DNA from: Giardia intestinalis
Lineage: Eukaryota
Length of the DNA: 64,000 nucleotides
Reading direction: 5' to 3' (one strand)
NCBI GenBank assembly: GCA_000002435.2
Contig: CM018790.1
Part shown: positions 1-9,785 of the stretch, piece by piece
How the letters are laid out: the number at the start of each line of letters is the position of its first letter
How positions within the stretch are numbered: the stretch's first letter is position 1
The notes under the pieces: generated by a model
Told to the model about the DNA's origin: nothing
Seen by the model: only the letters and a program-made list of their open reading frames with translations
Databases searched by the model: none
Made by a program: the position numbers and the translations under genes

Positions 1-3000
1 ATAGGGGAGGTCCTTTAAGTGCTCGTCTAGAAGCTCTTGGACCCCAGTGAATGCCCCGTGGTGTGCTAACAAGTAGGGAATCATGTAGCAGCTGTCAAGG
101 AGGCGAGCAAAGTCACTAGAGCTCTGAGGAACCGTTGCCATTCCCCTATGGGTGCTGCCATAGTTTCCTCCCAGTATGTGCCCTTGAACAGTGAGCGGCT
201 CGTCATCTGCATCCAGGATCCGTGCTCTTAGGTCTAAATCGAGTGAAGAATCCCCGTTCTTCGTACTACCTATTAACATATACACTGCAACAGCAATTCT
301 GCGTACAGCAGTAATACTGGAAGATAAACTTTTTCGCATAGAGTTGACAACGGTGCCTATTGGTTCGAGAGCTTTCATGTACAAAAGAGATGCAGTCATA
401 TCCAATATTCGAAGCGATCGCTTGATCAGATTGTTCTCTATTAACCTTAAAAGTATGTCTAGATACGCGCAGATAAATCCTATCGTATTATAGATGTAAG
501 AGACAACCAGAGTGATAATGTTCGTTGTGTTAACACCCATCATATGCTTGTATGGTTCTTTTGGGGTAGAATAATACTTTATCAATCTGTTGTGGATCTC
601 CTTGGCCTTACAGAGAAGGCACCGGGAGTGTGCATTAGCAAGTTCCTGCGTGTACCTCACAAGCCCAATATCTCTGAGCAATGTAGTGTTGCGATATTTG
701 GGGCTCGCTGCTCCAAGTCTGTGTTTCAAATAGTACTGCATGAAAGTTCCATTCGCGGAGATTAGACTGTAAAGTGCATTGCCGATTGTTTTAACGTCGT
801 TAACCTGTAGGTCTATCTTGAATAATGCATCCATTGCAGCGGCTGCATCCAGTTTAATGGCCTTTGCCATTAAGATGGCACACCCAGGATCCTCAACCCT
901 ACAGAAATTAGCCAGCAGGGTAGCTGCAAGGTAAATGTGAGCTTGCTTCTTCACATATTTAGTATCTGTATTTCCATACATGGTGAGATTTGGGAGGAGG
1001 CACTTGTCTCTTCGTACGCTCCAAGCTCTAAGGCTAGATTCATTATGAACTGCATTGTGAGTACAGCTATGCTTTGCTGCTTCCAGTATCATCTTCACCG
1101 CGTTCTTCAGGCTTGTGTGGCAGCCGAGCATTCCGTTGGCCAAGTAGGCACTTAAAAGTTGCCTCTTCTTTGAAGCCTTGCCAGTGGTCAAACACTTAAC
1201 ATATTGTGAGATGTAATCTCTTGCTACAATTCTGCGAGCAGCAACGTTCCAGACGTTGTTTCCATGGGTAGAGTTGGCGAAGTGACTGCCCTGACCGGTG
1301 TATAAGTAGTAGCCTGATGCAATCTGTCCTCCCAGGTGGCCCACATTAGCAGAGTGGTTTGCTAAGTAATTGGCAAATTGTGTGTTAATGGGTGCACCAC
1401 CATACAAATCTAAGCTGTTAGTAGAGCAGTTCCGATAGATTGATGCATTCAATTGCTTGAAGCGGTGCTCAATCAATGCAGCCATTGACGGGCTCCAGAG
1501 ATAATTAAGCCCAAATGAGCGAACGCTAAACTCAGTGACCTTTCTGGAGAGAATAAGACTCAGATAGAAGGATGACTCGAAGCTGCCAGAGATTGACGCT
1601 ATGTCTAATGCCATGATTGCTTCGAGGGTCCTCGGAAGAGCTGCGTCGAGAGTGCTGATTCTTTTTATGGTCGTAAACCCAATGAGCCTTGCAGGTATAA
1701 AGGAACGTGTGCCAATGCTGTGCAAAGTCGATGAACTAAGATTCAAATAATGTGTAACAGGGTAGATGTGTGCCTCAGGGTTGCCATAGTGTATGTAATC
1801 CTCAGTAGGCATGCGGAAGCCCATTAGTGTCTGGTAGGCCAGGCCGGCCAAGCCCATATGGCAGCCCTCGTGCACTGCCATAAGGTAAAGAATGCGGGTT
1901 GCTTGCAATATGAAGGTGCTTGACATATATTCGTCGGGAACGGAGTGTCCACTAAAGAGAGAGGATGCAATTATTCCGAACGCTTGGCCACGTCGTGTGC
2001 ATGTTTCCTGGGGAGATCGCATAAACCACGGGCTATGCATAAGTGTCTCTGCATACTCTTCATATGAGACGTTGACACGTTTCTCCAGTTCCTGGTGGAT
2101 GGTGTGCACAAACGGGACAAAGTGTCTGCTTTGGCGCAAGTAGATTGTGATTGCTTCTCGTATGAGCGTGCTATTAGATGTTTTAAGATTGTATTCTGGG
2201 TGAGATAAGTATTCAGAATATGTAATATTTGCGGGAAACCCAAAGACTTCTGGATATTCTGCAATAAGAAGGGCCTCTGATGCGCGGACAATCTGAACTA
2301 TCGCCTCTATATATGCATGGTTACTGAGAGCAAGATTTGCCTTGTATTTGTAGAGGTCTAAGTTAGGGATTGTGTCTATTACTCGATAAAATCCATCCGG
2401 ATGGCTGTTAGAATTGGAGGGATTGAGATATTTTTGCAACCTTGTATTAACTAGTGTCAGATCAAAAAGATCGGGCTCTTCGTTCTGCCCTGTCCCATCA
2501 ACAATGGCGGCTATAGCTGCAAAGCGAGCCAAGAACAAACTGCTCTTTGGGAATCCATAGTCACCTGTCAAGAAGCACGAAAGCACTAGTAGCGCTTGTC
2601 CAGATTCCGGATTTAAGCCTGCTTCGTCTAACATGAACTCCCTTTCCGCTGAGGACATGGTTTCAGATTCGTGCTTAGAGCCGTACTTAGCTATCTGCAG
2701 TGGATCTACATTAGTATATTCATAAGGGTATGCATGCTCGGCCCCAGAGGCCCATGCGTCTATGAGATTATGATAAAGAAAGTGTGCTACCGTATCGGTC
2801 TTGGGATATCCAAGAACTCCACGATGATATGCATGTGCAAGCAACCCAGTAGCAAGGTTATTGTTTCCCCTGGATGCAAGCGCAAGGTGTAGTTGACCCA
2901 GTGCTGTATCTTGTGGCTCATTGAGGCCTAGTAGCTTGGCGACGGCACTGATGAAATATTGGATAGAGCGGGTCTCTATCAGAGCATTATCCCTCTTATC

Positions 3001-3159
3001 TACCATATTGAATGCAAGCTCATTCCCAAGAACTGCCGCAAGCGAGTGGAGGGTACGCGTGGTCACGGATGGAGGTGTAGTGTTGTCTCCTGTGAGTTTA
3101 GACTCATTTTCGCCACCAGCGATCGCCACAGCAACCAGGACCAAGGGGAGAAGCAGCAT
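1..3159 (-). CDS. Hypothetical secreted protein, N-terminus complete with signal peptide MLLLPLVLVAVAIAGG; C-terminus runs off the window start (>1050 aa). Not in the ORF track because there is no stop inside the window.
   Basis: ATG at 3157-3159 on the minus strand followed by a hydrophobic signal peptide. The reading frame (codon tops congruent 0 mod 3) was checked codon by codon at 1-300, 1021-1080, 1501-1560, 2041-2100 and 2581-2640 with no stops. The only listed plus-strand ORFs across 1-3158 are short shadows. Confidence 0.6.
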   Translation of the reverse strand, partial: MLLLPLVLVAVAIAGGENESKLTGDNTTPPSVTTRTLHSLAAVLGNELAFNMVDKRDNALIETRSIQYFISAVAKLLGLNEPQDTALGQLHLALASRGNNNLATGLLAHAYHRGVLGYPKTDTVAHFLYHNLIDAWASGAEHAYPYEYTNVDPLQIAKYGSKHESETMSSAEREFMLDEAGLNPESGQALLVLSCFLTGDYGFPKSSLFLARFAAIAAIVDGTGQNEEPDLFDLTLVNTRLQKYLNPSNSNSHPDGFYRVIDTIPNLDLYKYKANLALSNHAYIEAIVQIVRASEALLIAEYPEVFGFPANITYSEYLSHPEYNLKTSNSTLIREAITIYLRQSRHFVPFVHTIHQELEKRVNVSYEEYAETLMHSPWFMRSPQETCTRRGQAFGIIASSLFSGHSVPDEYMSSTFILQATRILYLMAVHEGCHMGLAGLAYQTLMGFRMPTEDYIHYGNPEAHIYPVTHYLNLSSSTLHSIGTRSFIPARLIGFTTIKRISTLDAALPRTLEAIMALDIASISGSFESSFYLSLILSRKVTEFSVRSFGLNYLWSPSMAALIEHRFKQLNASIYRNCSTNSLDLYGGAPINTQFANYLANHSANVGHLGGQIASGYYLYTGQGSHFANSTHGNNVWNVAARRIVARDYISQYVKCLTTGKASKKRQLLSAYLANGMLGCHTSLKNAVKMILEAAKHSCTHNAVHNESSLRAWSVRRDKCLLPNLTMYGNTDTKYVKKQAHIYLAATLLANFCRVEDPGCAILMAKAIKLDAAAAMDALFKIDLQVNDVKTIGNALYSLISANGTFMQYYLKHRLGAASPKYRNTTLLRDIGLVRYTQELANAHSRCLLCKAKEIHNRLIKYYSTPKEPYKHMMGVNTTNIITLVVSYIYNTIGFICAYLDILLRLIENNLIKRSLRILDMTASLLYMKALEPIGTVVNSMRKSLSSSITAVRRIAVAVYMLIGSTKNGDSSLDLDLRARILDADDEPLTVQGHILGGNYGSTHRGMATVPQSSSDFARLLDSCYMIPYLLAHHGAFTGVQELLDEHLKDLPY

Positions 3160-3258
3160 GAATGTCCTGTGGCTTCAGAAGGCTTCTCTTTTTTAACTAT
3201 TTTTAAGAAATTAAGGAGAGAGGGGAGATTGTCAGTTTCAGAGCTAAAGATCGACTCG
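3160..3258. promoter_or_regulatory. Divergent (bidirectional) AT-rich promoter region between the minus gene starting at 3159 and the plus gene starting at 3259.
   Basis: A 99-bp spacer between two divergent start codons containing the T/A-rich tract ctcttttttaactatttttaagaaattaa. Giardia promoters are short AT-rich initiators close to the ATG (established knowledge). Confidence 0.4.
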
Positions 3259-4911
3259 ATGAGTAAGAAATTTCGCATTATGGACCCATCAGAGTCTCGG
3301 GAGGTTATTATGACCCAGAGAAAACCAGAGGATGACCCTGGAAGACAAACTTTTCATGTAACGAAAGCATCTTTGAGTACCCCCGCTTCCTTGCCATTGG
3401 ATGCTGCAGAGGCGGCCAGATCTAAGAGTAATAAGTACATCCTTTCTACGCAGACATTCTCTACCGAAACCCCGTTAATTGCACGCAAAACCGTCATTCA
3501 GCAACAGCAAGACACACCCCATGATACAAAGAGCAAGAAATACAGACTCTTGACGACGGAAGAGCGCCAGGTTATTGCAAACACACCAAAACGAGACTCC
3601 AGTGTCAAATTTAGGCCGGCATCTGCACGCACACAATCTTTATACAAAACAGCTTATAGCCTGGTTGGAAACATAGAGACCATTGCTACACAGGATCTTC
3701 AGAGCCCTAAAGGCAGCAGCAGTGGTGCTACTCGAACTCCACGAACTGCCGGAGTCATTGTTGAACACTCGACACCTCTAAACTACCACGTGGCAGCGGA
3801 GCAACAGGAGCCCCAATATTTCCGTGGTCTTTCTATTCCCTACGGCAGTCGGACGACTGCACTGACAGCAGGATGCACCGTCGAGCCAGTAAGTCACATC
3901 TGTTCAGTCAGTCCTGCAGTCATTGAGAACAATACACTGCACTTGACATCTCACCTGTATCGACAGAACTCTACTAACAGAGCACTGGGGGATGCTACTG
4001 CAACATATGTGGGCAACCTGTCCGGTAGCACTGCTCTAGCCAAGGGTGCTGCACCGGCAGGTGATTACGCACTCTCCTTTCAGCGGTCGAAGCACTCTGT
4101 CTCTACGCAGAGATCTACATCTACAAAGAGTCAGCCAGACAAATCTGATGCAGGAGTTCCTGGAGCTGCTTCAAACAACTCTGCTGGCCCCTTTGGCAGC
4201 TCGAGCGGCGGGGCTAGTGGACCAGGCTCTGCTGTGGTATCTCTGAAAGCAGCCTCACGGCCTCAGTCAGGTTCTGTAAAGGCAAAACCAGTCGCACCCA
4301 TGAGCCTGACAACCAGTCTCACCTTGGGAGATGGCGCTATTGCATCTTCTACTTTAGCAGCTTCTCAGCGTGGAGCTATACCTGAATCTGATGACGCACC
4401 GATTACTACGATAAGCTACCAGACCAAACTCCAAAATCCGTATGCTCCACAACAGCGTACTGCCGGCCAGACTGGTGAGCTTCTCAACATGGCCAATGGC
4501 ACCGTGATAGCTACCTATACAGAGACAGGAGACGCCATAGAGAACTTCAGTTCTGACTCACGAAGCCCTGCTTTGGTAAAGAAGCGATGCCTGCCAACAT
4601 ACAACTATGTGGAGCTGCTCAAGAGCCAGCGTACCCTAGAGTTTGTGCCGTCTCCACCAGATTCTCCTAAGCCTGGGGAAGCAAACCCACGAGAAGTTAC
4701 CGACATTATTTACACAGGCCCCTCTTTATACTCACAGTACTTGGCGTCACAGGTAGGAAGCGGTGGAATAAGGGCGGGCGCCAGGGAAAAGTCTCTTCTG
4801 CAGAACCTCAAAGTTCAAGCCGATGTACTTAGACGTCTCAAGAAGAAGAATGCTGACATACGCAAGAATACAAATGACTTGGCCATTAGCCTGAATTTCT
4901 TCAATGACTGA
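3259..4911 (+). CDS. Hypothetical S/T/A/Q-rich low-complexity protein (~550 aa). The track ORF starting at 2959 is an upstream read-through over the neighbouring gene's 5' end; the likely start is MSKKFRIMDPSE.
   Basis: Long ORF. The first ATG after the AT-rich initiator-like stretch ctcttttttaactatttttaagaaattaagg (3177-3215) is at 3259. The compositionally biased sequence has no recognisable domain. Confidence 0.55.
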   Translation: MSKKFRIMDPSESREVIMTQRKPEDDPGRQTFHVTKASLSTPASLPLDAAEAARSKSNKYILSTQTFSTETPLIARKTVIQQQQDTPHDTKSKKYRLLTTEERQVIANTPKRDSSVKFRPASARTQSLYKTAYSLVGNIETIATQDLQSPKGSSSGATRTPRTAGVIVEHSTPLNYHVAAEQQEPQYFRGLSIPYGSRTTALTAGCTVEPVSHICSVSPAVIENNTLHLTSHLYRQNSTNRALGDATATYVGNLSGSTALAKGAAPAGDYALSFQRSKHSVSTQRSTSTKSQPDKSDAGVPGAASNNSAGPFGSSSGGASGPGSAVVSLKAASRPQSGSVKAKPVAPMSLTTSLTLGDGAIASSTLAASQRGAIPESDDAPITTISYQTKLQNPYAPQQRTAGQTGELLNMANGTVIATYTETGDAIENFSSDSRSPALVKKRCLPTYNYVELLKSQRTLEFVPSPPDSPKPGEANPREVTDIIYTGPSLYSQYLASQVGSGGIRAGAREKSLLQNLKVQADVLRRLKKKNADIRKNTNDLAISLNFFND

Positions 4912-5006
4912 TCCCAATTCCTAATGTAAATATGTACGTGCATATTGCCTTATTAATATTTGTATAAAAGCATGGTTAGAACGCAGAAATGCATTTGTGC
5001 GAGAAG

Positions 5007-8000
5007 CTATATGACTTCGCTAATTACCAACTCATTATTATCATCCTTCTCGTCACATGTGCCAGTATCTTGAGTGTGTGCACCCTTCTCTACGCTACTC
5101 TGACTCTTAGAGTTGAAGAGGGACGACCCGGGTGCATCGCCGTCCAGATTCGGGGCGATATCACTCATATTGCTTGGGCCAGGCTCCTTTACTTCGCTGT
5201 CCACGTCGGCCTCGTGATCCACAGCTTCAGTACCCTTGTGAAGCATACCCACAGACGTCTCGTGGAACGTGTCTGCATCGGGTACAACATGCTCCCTTCT
5301 GGATGGAGTTTGGACAAGTGTGTGAATGCGTGAGATGTCAAGAGAAGCGTTACTGACTAGTGTGCCAATGTTGAGTCCCCCAGCCGCATTGAATTTCTGA
5401 CTCACCTTAGAATCTCCATCAGTGCGAACGACGCTCTTCTGGAGCGGAAGTTGCTGGATTTTATCAGGCGTGTCTCCAAGAATTCGTGCAATCATTTGCT
5501 GAGTGACGCTGGACAGCACACCCGTAGAGAATGTCCTATGGTGTACATCTTTGGCATGATCTCGAGGGGCTCCCTCTGTCCTTGCCTTGTGGTGCATCCG
5601 TGCAGCGAGCATGTCTGATGACACTTGGTTGGCCTGGTATAAGAACGAAGACTGTCGTTGCTTATTGCGCCGAAGACCCGCTCCCATCGGCGGTTCTGTG
5701 AAGAGGACGGATGCTGTGGCGTTGGCTCGTAGATTCTGTTTGTGTGACAGCGTATGACCTGTCTCCCTATCTCGAAATGAATCTAGCCCTGAGCGCCCCA
5801 TTACCCCACTAGGAAGCAAATTCATCAGAATGTCAGATGGAAGATCCTGCTTATTACAAACCTTAAATAAAACACTTGGGTCATTGTGATCTTGGATTGA
5901 TAAAGAGTCAAAGAAATTCCTTGTCCCGGTCTGGTAGGCGTAGATAGATGGTTGGTGAGAGAGCTCAGTGTCGACAAACGTGTTGATAATTTGAGAGTCG
6001 GTAAGGCCAGATTGCTGCTGGTCCCCCGCAAAGGTACTTGTGAACAGCTTCTCAAAGGTATTATTGTCCAGCAAATTCTGACGATTGACAGCCTTTCCTG
6101 ATTGGATCTCATCCTTTTTTTGAGTTTTGTAAAGAGGACTTGCAAATGTGACCTTATCTTGCCGATCGAGTTTCACAGCGGCACTAGGTGCCTTAACGTT
6201 TAAGACAGAGGAGATTCTAGCAAAGCCAAAATCGCTGCTGAAGCCACTTGCAGGACAGGGGAGTCCCTCTATAGCATCCTGAGTGTCAGCTAGACCAGGT
6301 GCAGTATCTAACAGGGGATCGAGGGCAGCGGGGTTAAGATCGGTGCAGCCGTCAGTGTCTTCATACACCGACTGCTGGGGCTTCTCTTTAGATGCACTCA
6401 TCAAAAGGACATTAATGGCCCGAGATTCGCTAGCACTAAGGGCAGGCATGCCCGTCGAAAAGGATCTATCATCTCCTTTGTCGATACGAACCTCTGCATC
6501 GTCGCTAAGCTGTGCCTGTCGCTGGGTTAGATAAACCACCTCGGGGCCTTTGTTTATTACTGTAGATAGAAGCATTGCTGAGGGTTGATGCTCTCCGTCT
6601 CCGACGGACACATTGAGGGCCGAGCTTCCAGAAAGTAGACTGGGTGGAATTGGGCCGTTACTATTTGTAAGTAAGTACTCATAAATGCCTGCCACAGTTT
6701 TACCTTCCATAGCCAACAGAGCTGAGATTTTGCGGAGCTCATATATCTTTGCGTCGAACACAGAGGACCCATGTGCTGTAGGCCCTCGGGCCTCAAAAAG
6801 CATGGACGATGCGTCTCTGCGTGCCTGAAGATCTATCGGAGGTAGTTGGTTATTGGGTTGCTGTGTAGAGACGCTCTCTTGGCTGATATTCTCTGAACGA
6901 TCAATTGGACACACAAGATCATTTGCTGCTTCGCTGATAGGAGGGGCGCACCGGCTCGCCATGAGTTCAGAATCCTCAGCACTCTTTATGAGATTTTTTT
7001 TGAGATTTTTGAAATCTCGCGGAGAGTTTTCCTGACTAGAAGAGAGGCGTTCGGGGACATGTTGAAGGCTAGAATGTGTGTAATTAGAAGCTCTGTTTGT
7101 AGAAGCGCGAAGAGACAGCGATGTAGTCGCTGTTGAAGGGGCTGGCGTGCATAGTGACCCCTTGATGGATCTTAGATGGGGTGTCACACGGATGCTACTT
7201 CCCACAGACGAACTTCGACGAGAATCCATGCTGTACATACGCTCTCCGTCGAAGAGTCGACAGCATATAGAAATGGGAAGAGCAAGGGACGGATGCATGG
7301 GACAGAGCTTGCCCAAGCCTGGTAGGGTAACATTAAAGAGGCTCATGGCCGCGAGAGAGAAGAACGTGTGGTACTCATCAGGGTAGTTTTCTGGCCTGTC
7401 TGCAACACCGGACACCTTTGGGTTAATACAAACGGTAATGAAGCGTAACAGCGCGTCGATGTTGAAGATCATCTTTGCCTTTATATTATCAACGCACTTC
7501 TCATCCCACTCAGCAGCACGACTGTTATTTGCGTTAAGAAGGTAGTCGAGGAGGATGTAAGCAGGAGACCCTATCCACCAAGAATAGCATGTGTCCGGCT
7601 CCTTATCAGGTCTACCACAGAGACCCCCGTTAGCACATTGCCTATTAGATAATAGAAAGAGGCTTCTCTGGATATTTGGTATCAAGTGCAGACTGTCCAG
7701 CAGGTGCATAGTTGCCACGCAGCAAAATGTTTGTCCACCGTGTGACTCGTCCCCGGGGGTAGTTCCGAAGCCACCATCTGAATTCAAACACCGAAGAAGG
7801 TAGGAGCGAAGGGCATCTACATCTATCAAGTTATTCAAATGAAGCCCAATTAGAGAGGGCACCCGTTTGAGTAAGATTGTGAGACTGAGAACTGCACAGT
7901 AGCAGAACCGTGTATCTCTCTCCTTAGTGTAATCTCCATAAAAGCCTCCATCTTCTGCCTGTAGATCGATAATGGTGTTGGCCAAGGTAACACCAAGTTC

Positions 8001-8399
8001 TGGGGAAACGGTTTCTGAAAATTTGTTTAACAGGAGCAGACACTGCAGTCCTGAAGTTGTATGCACCAGGTGCATGTCATGACCCGGGCTGCCGCTGAAT
8101 CCTGCTATTTCACTCTGATTTCCCTTTGTGGGTTGCACAACCAGACAATCCTTGACAAATTGATGCAGGCGATCAATAGTAATCACTGTGCCAGGAACCA
8201 GTTGCTGCAGAAATACGTCCGTAGGCTGTCGTCCATGTAATATAAAGATAGAGCAAAGGACCCAGTAAAGACCGGAAAGCTTGGTGTGAGAAAGACCTAC
8301 TAACTCCATTAGCGTAGGATTCTGTATCTCCTCCATCTGGCCTATTAGGAAGCGCAGCATGAGGGTCTTCAGACCGTCCTTAGTCATTCCCTCAGTCAT
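5007..8399 (-). CDS. Protein prenyltransferase beta-subunit-like protein, most similar to Rab geranylgeranyltransferase (type II) beta subunit in the N-terminal ~370 aa, fused to a ~750-aa Ser/Thr/Gln-rich low-complexity C-terminal extension.
   Basis: The N-terminal region has prenyltransferase alpha-alpha toroid repeats: EDGGFYGDYTKERDTRFCYCAV, DGGFGTTPGDESHGGQTFCCVATMHLL, NGGLCGRPDKEPDTCYSWW, SGVADRPENYPDEYHTFFSLAAMSLF. These match the GGF-G-RP/CYSWW repeat signature of FTase/GGTase beta subunits (Rab-GGTase beta: [20 protein letters not shown] ... GGLNGRPEKLPDVCYSWW). One uninterrupted 1130-aa ORF. Confidence 0.75.
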   Translation of the reverse strand: MTEGMTKDGLKTLMLRFLIGQMEEIQNPTLMELVGLSHTKLSGLYWVLCSIFILHGRQPTDVFLQQLVPGTVITIDRLHQFVKDCLVVQPTKGNQSEIAGFSGSPGHDMHLVHTTSGLQCLLLLNKFSETVSPELGVTLANTIIDLQAEDGGFYGDYTKERDTRFCYCAVLSLTILLKRVPSLIGLHLNNLIDVDALRSYLLRCLNSDGGFGTTPGDESHGGQTFCCVATMHLLDSLHLIPNIQRSLFLLSNRQCANGGLCGRPDKEPDTCYSWWIGSPAYILLDYLLNANNSRAAEWDEKCVDNIKAKMIFNIDALLRFITVCINPKVSGVADRPENYPDEYHTFFSLAAMSLFNVTLPGLGKLCPMHPSLALPISICCRLFDGERMYSMDSRRSSSVGSSIRVTPHLRSIKGSLCTPAPSTATTSLSLRASTNRASNYTHSSLQHVPERLSSSQENSPRDFKNLKKNLIKSAEDSELMASRCAPPISEAANDLVCPIDRSENISQESVSTQQPNNQLPPIDLQARRDASSMLFEARGPTAHGSSVFDAKIYELRKISALLAMEGKTVAGIYEYLLTNSNGPIPPSLLSGSSALNVSVGDGEHQPSAMLLSTVINKGPEVVYLTQRQAQLSDDAEVRIDKGDDRSFSTGMPALSASESRAINVLLMSASKEKPQQSVYEDTDGCTDLNPAALDPLLDTAPGLADTQDAIEGLPCPASGFSSDFGFARISSVLNVKAPSAAVKLDRQDKVTFASPLYKTQKKDEIQSGKAVNRQNLLDNNTFEKLFTSTFAGDQQQSGLTDSQIINTFVDTELSHQPSIYAYQTGTRNFFDSLSIQDHNDPSVLFKVCNKQDLPSDILMNLLPSGVMGRSGLDSFRDRETGHTLSHKQNLRANATASVLFTEPPMGAGLRRNKQRQSSFLYQANQVSSDMLAARMHHKARTEGAPRDHAKDVHHRTFSTGVLSSVTQQMIARILGDTPDKIQQLPLQKSVVRTDGDSKVSQKFNAAGGLNIGTLVSNASLDISRIHTLVQTPSRREHVVPDADTFHETSVGMLHKGTEAVDHEADVDSEVKEPGPSNMSDIAPNLDGDAPGSSLFNSKSQSSVEKGAHTQDTGTCDEKDDNNELVISEVI

Positions 8400-8736
8400 T
8401 CCAATTGCAAAAAACGGAGTAAATTTTTCATTAGATATGACCAGTGTCTGGTGCTTAGACGGCTTCCTGATATTCGCGGTTCTATTCGTTTGTTGCTGCA
8501 GTTACATCGCCAGGATGCCCCGGTTTAAATCGATTGTCTTCCAGGAGAAAACTGGCTTTCGGGGGACCTTGTACAAGAGCGCAGTTATTGGCCTGCGGTT
8601 GCATTACGCCATTAGTATCATCTGTCTTCTTCTGGGCCTGTATCGCCTATTCTTTTGAGTCTTTTTAGGTACACATGAGTAAATTGTCTCTATGGCATTT
8701 CAAACACTTCATTAGGAATGCACGCTGAGCGCTACC

Positions 8737-8743
8737 GTTTACT
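8737..8743 (-). terminator. Giardia polyadenylation signal AGTAAAC (consensus AGTRAAY) 7 nt downstream of the POC1 stop codon.
   Basis: The minus-strand sequence reads tag atttgt AGTAAAC immediately after the stop at 8750-8752. Confidence 0.55.
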
Positions 8744-8749
8744 ACAAAT

Positions 8750-9655
8750 CTAGACACCTAGCTCGAAGAGCATCACCCTTCCATCGTCCCCGCCCGTTGC
8801 GAAGACGCTTCCGTCCGGGCAGAAAGATATACAGTTCACCCCACCTTCGTGTCCACGGACGGTATACAGAGAACGACCCTGCACAAGGTCGAGGATGCGG
8901 GCTGTGCCGTCACTGCCAGTAGATATCATGTATTTGCCGTTGGGGTGGAAGTCCAGGCATGTCACTTGATTGGTGTGACAGGAGTAGTGCTGCAAAAGGG
9001 TACTAGACCGCACATCCCAAAGCTGTACGTCTTGGGTACAGCCAGTAGCCACTGTTGTGCCATCTGGAGACCACCGTATGACGCGAGGATTCAATGAGAG
9101 TCCGTTGTCGTTGGTGATGGCTTGAACGCAGCTCAGAGTACGCGTATCCCAGATGCGCAAAGAAAGGTCGTCAGAAACAGAAGCTATCAGACGGCCATCT
9201 GGGCTGAGCCGAGCACTGTAAACCCAGTTTGTATGTCCACTGAGGCAGACTCTAAACTGTACATTAGTTGTATCGAAAAGCTTGATAGATTTATCGTCTG
9301 AGCAGGTGACAATAGTTCTCCCATCGATAGAGAAGCTGACATCTCGGATACGTGCTGTATGAACCTTGCGAAAGATGCTATTACCATGTATATTAGGGGT
9401 CCATAGTCTAACGGACTTATCAAAGGAAGCAGTGGCCAAAAGACTCTGTGTGGGACAGTATGCGGAGCCCACTACAGTATCGTTGTGCCCTACAAACTTA
9501 AAGGCTCTGATTGGTGGAGTGAGATTCCATATCATGATTGTGCGATCATCACCTGCGCTGCTCAGCTGCCGCGACTCTGCCTCAAAAGAGCAGGTACGCA
9601 CAGGCTTTGACGAGCCCTTGAAGCACTCGATGAGCGTTGGTGGTTCCACAACCAT
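8750..9655 (-). CDS. POC1: POC1 centriolar/basal-body WD40 repeat protein homologue (7 WD40 repeats, ~301 aa). The track ORF begins at 9673 with a TTG printed as M; the first ATG is MVVEPPTLIECFKG at 9655.
   Basis: Strong collinear similarity to POC1: LWTPNIHGNSIFRKVHTARIRDVSFSIDGRTIVTCSDDKSIKLF, HTNWVYSARLSPDGRLIASVSDDLSLRIWDT, LLQHYSCHTNQVTCLDFHPNGKYMISTGSDGTARILDLVQGRSLYTVRGHEGGVNCISFCPDGSVFATGGDDGRVMLF. The codon at 9671-9673 is TTG. Confidence 0.8.
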   Translation of the reverse strand: MVVEPPTLIECFKGSSKPVRTCSFEAESRQLSSAGDDRTIMIWNLTPPIRAFKFVGHNDTVVGSAYCPTQSLLATASFDKSVRLWTPNIHGNSIFRKVHTARIRDVSFSIDGRTIVTCSDDKSIKLFDTTNVQFRVCLSGHTNWVYSARLSPDGRLIASVSDDLSLRIWDTRTLSCVQAITNDNGLSLNPRVIRWSPDGTTVATGCTQDVQLWDVRSSTLLQHYSCHTNQVTCLDFHPNGKYMISTGSDGTARILDLVQGRSLYTVRGHEGGVNCISFCPDGSVFATGGDDGRVMLFELGV

Positions 9656-9688
9656 CGTAGAATGGAAGAGCAAAAGATCAATTTTTAC

Positions 9689-9775
9689 TCTTGACTCCTG
9701 GCTCTTGACTCTTGACTCTTGAGATCAAACCGGGCCAAGGCCAAGGCCGAGGTCAAGGCCAAGGCCAAGGCCAAA
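9689..9775. repeat. Intergenic microsatellites: (CTCTTGA)-type heptamer run followed by (GGCCAA)n hexamer run.
   Basis: ctcttgactcctggctcttgactcttgactcttgag ... ggccaaggccaaggccgaggtcaaggccaaggccaaggccaaaa, lying between the POC1 5' end and the UBC9 3' end. Confidence 0.85.
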
Positions 9776-9785
9776 ATCTATCCAC

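Noticed and set aside
2959-3258. N-terminal 100 aa of the 650-aa track ORF (MDRAGLYQSIIPLIYHIECK...).
   Set aside because: It overlaps the 5' end and signal-peptide region of the minus-strand gene and the promoter spacer, and reads as junk. The real start is most likely the ATG at 3259.
8359-8658. 99-aa hydrophobic ORF in the 350-bp spacer between the prenyltransferase gene start and POC1 3' end.
   Set aside because: It overlaps the prenyltransferase start codon on the opposite strand and has a random hydrophobic composition. Not ruled out as a small ncRNA or micro-ORF region, but there is no positive evidence.
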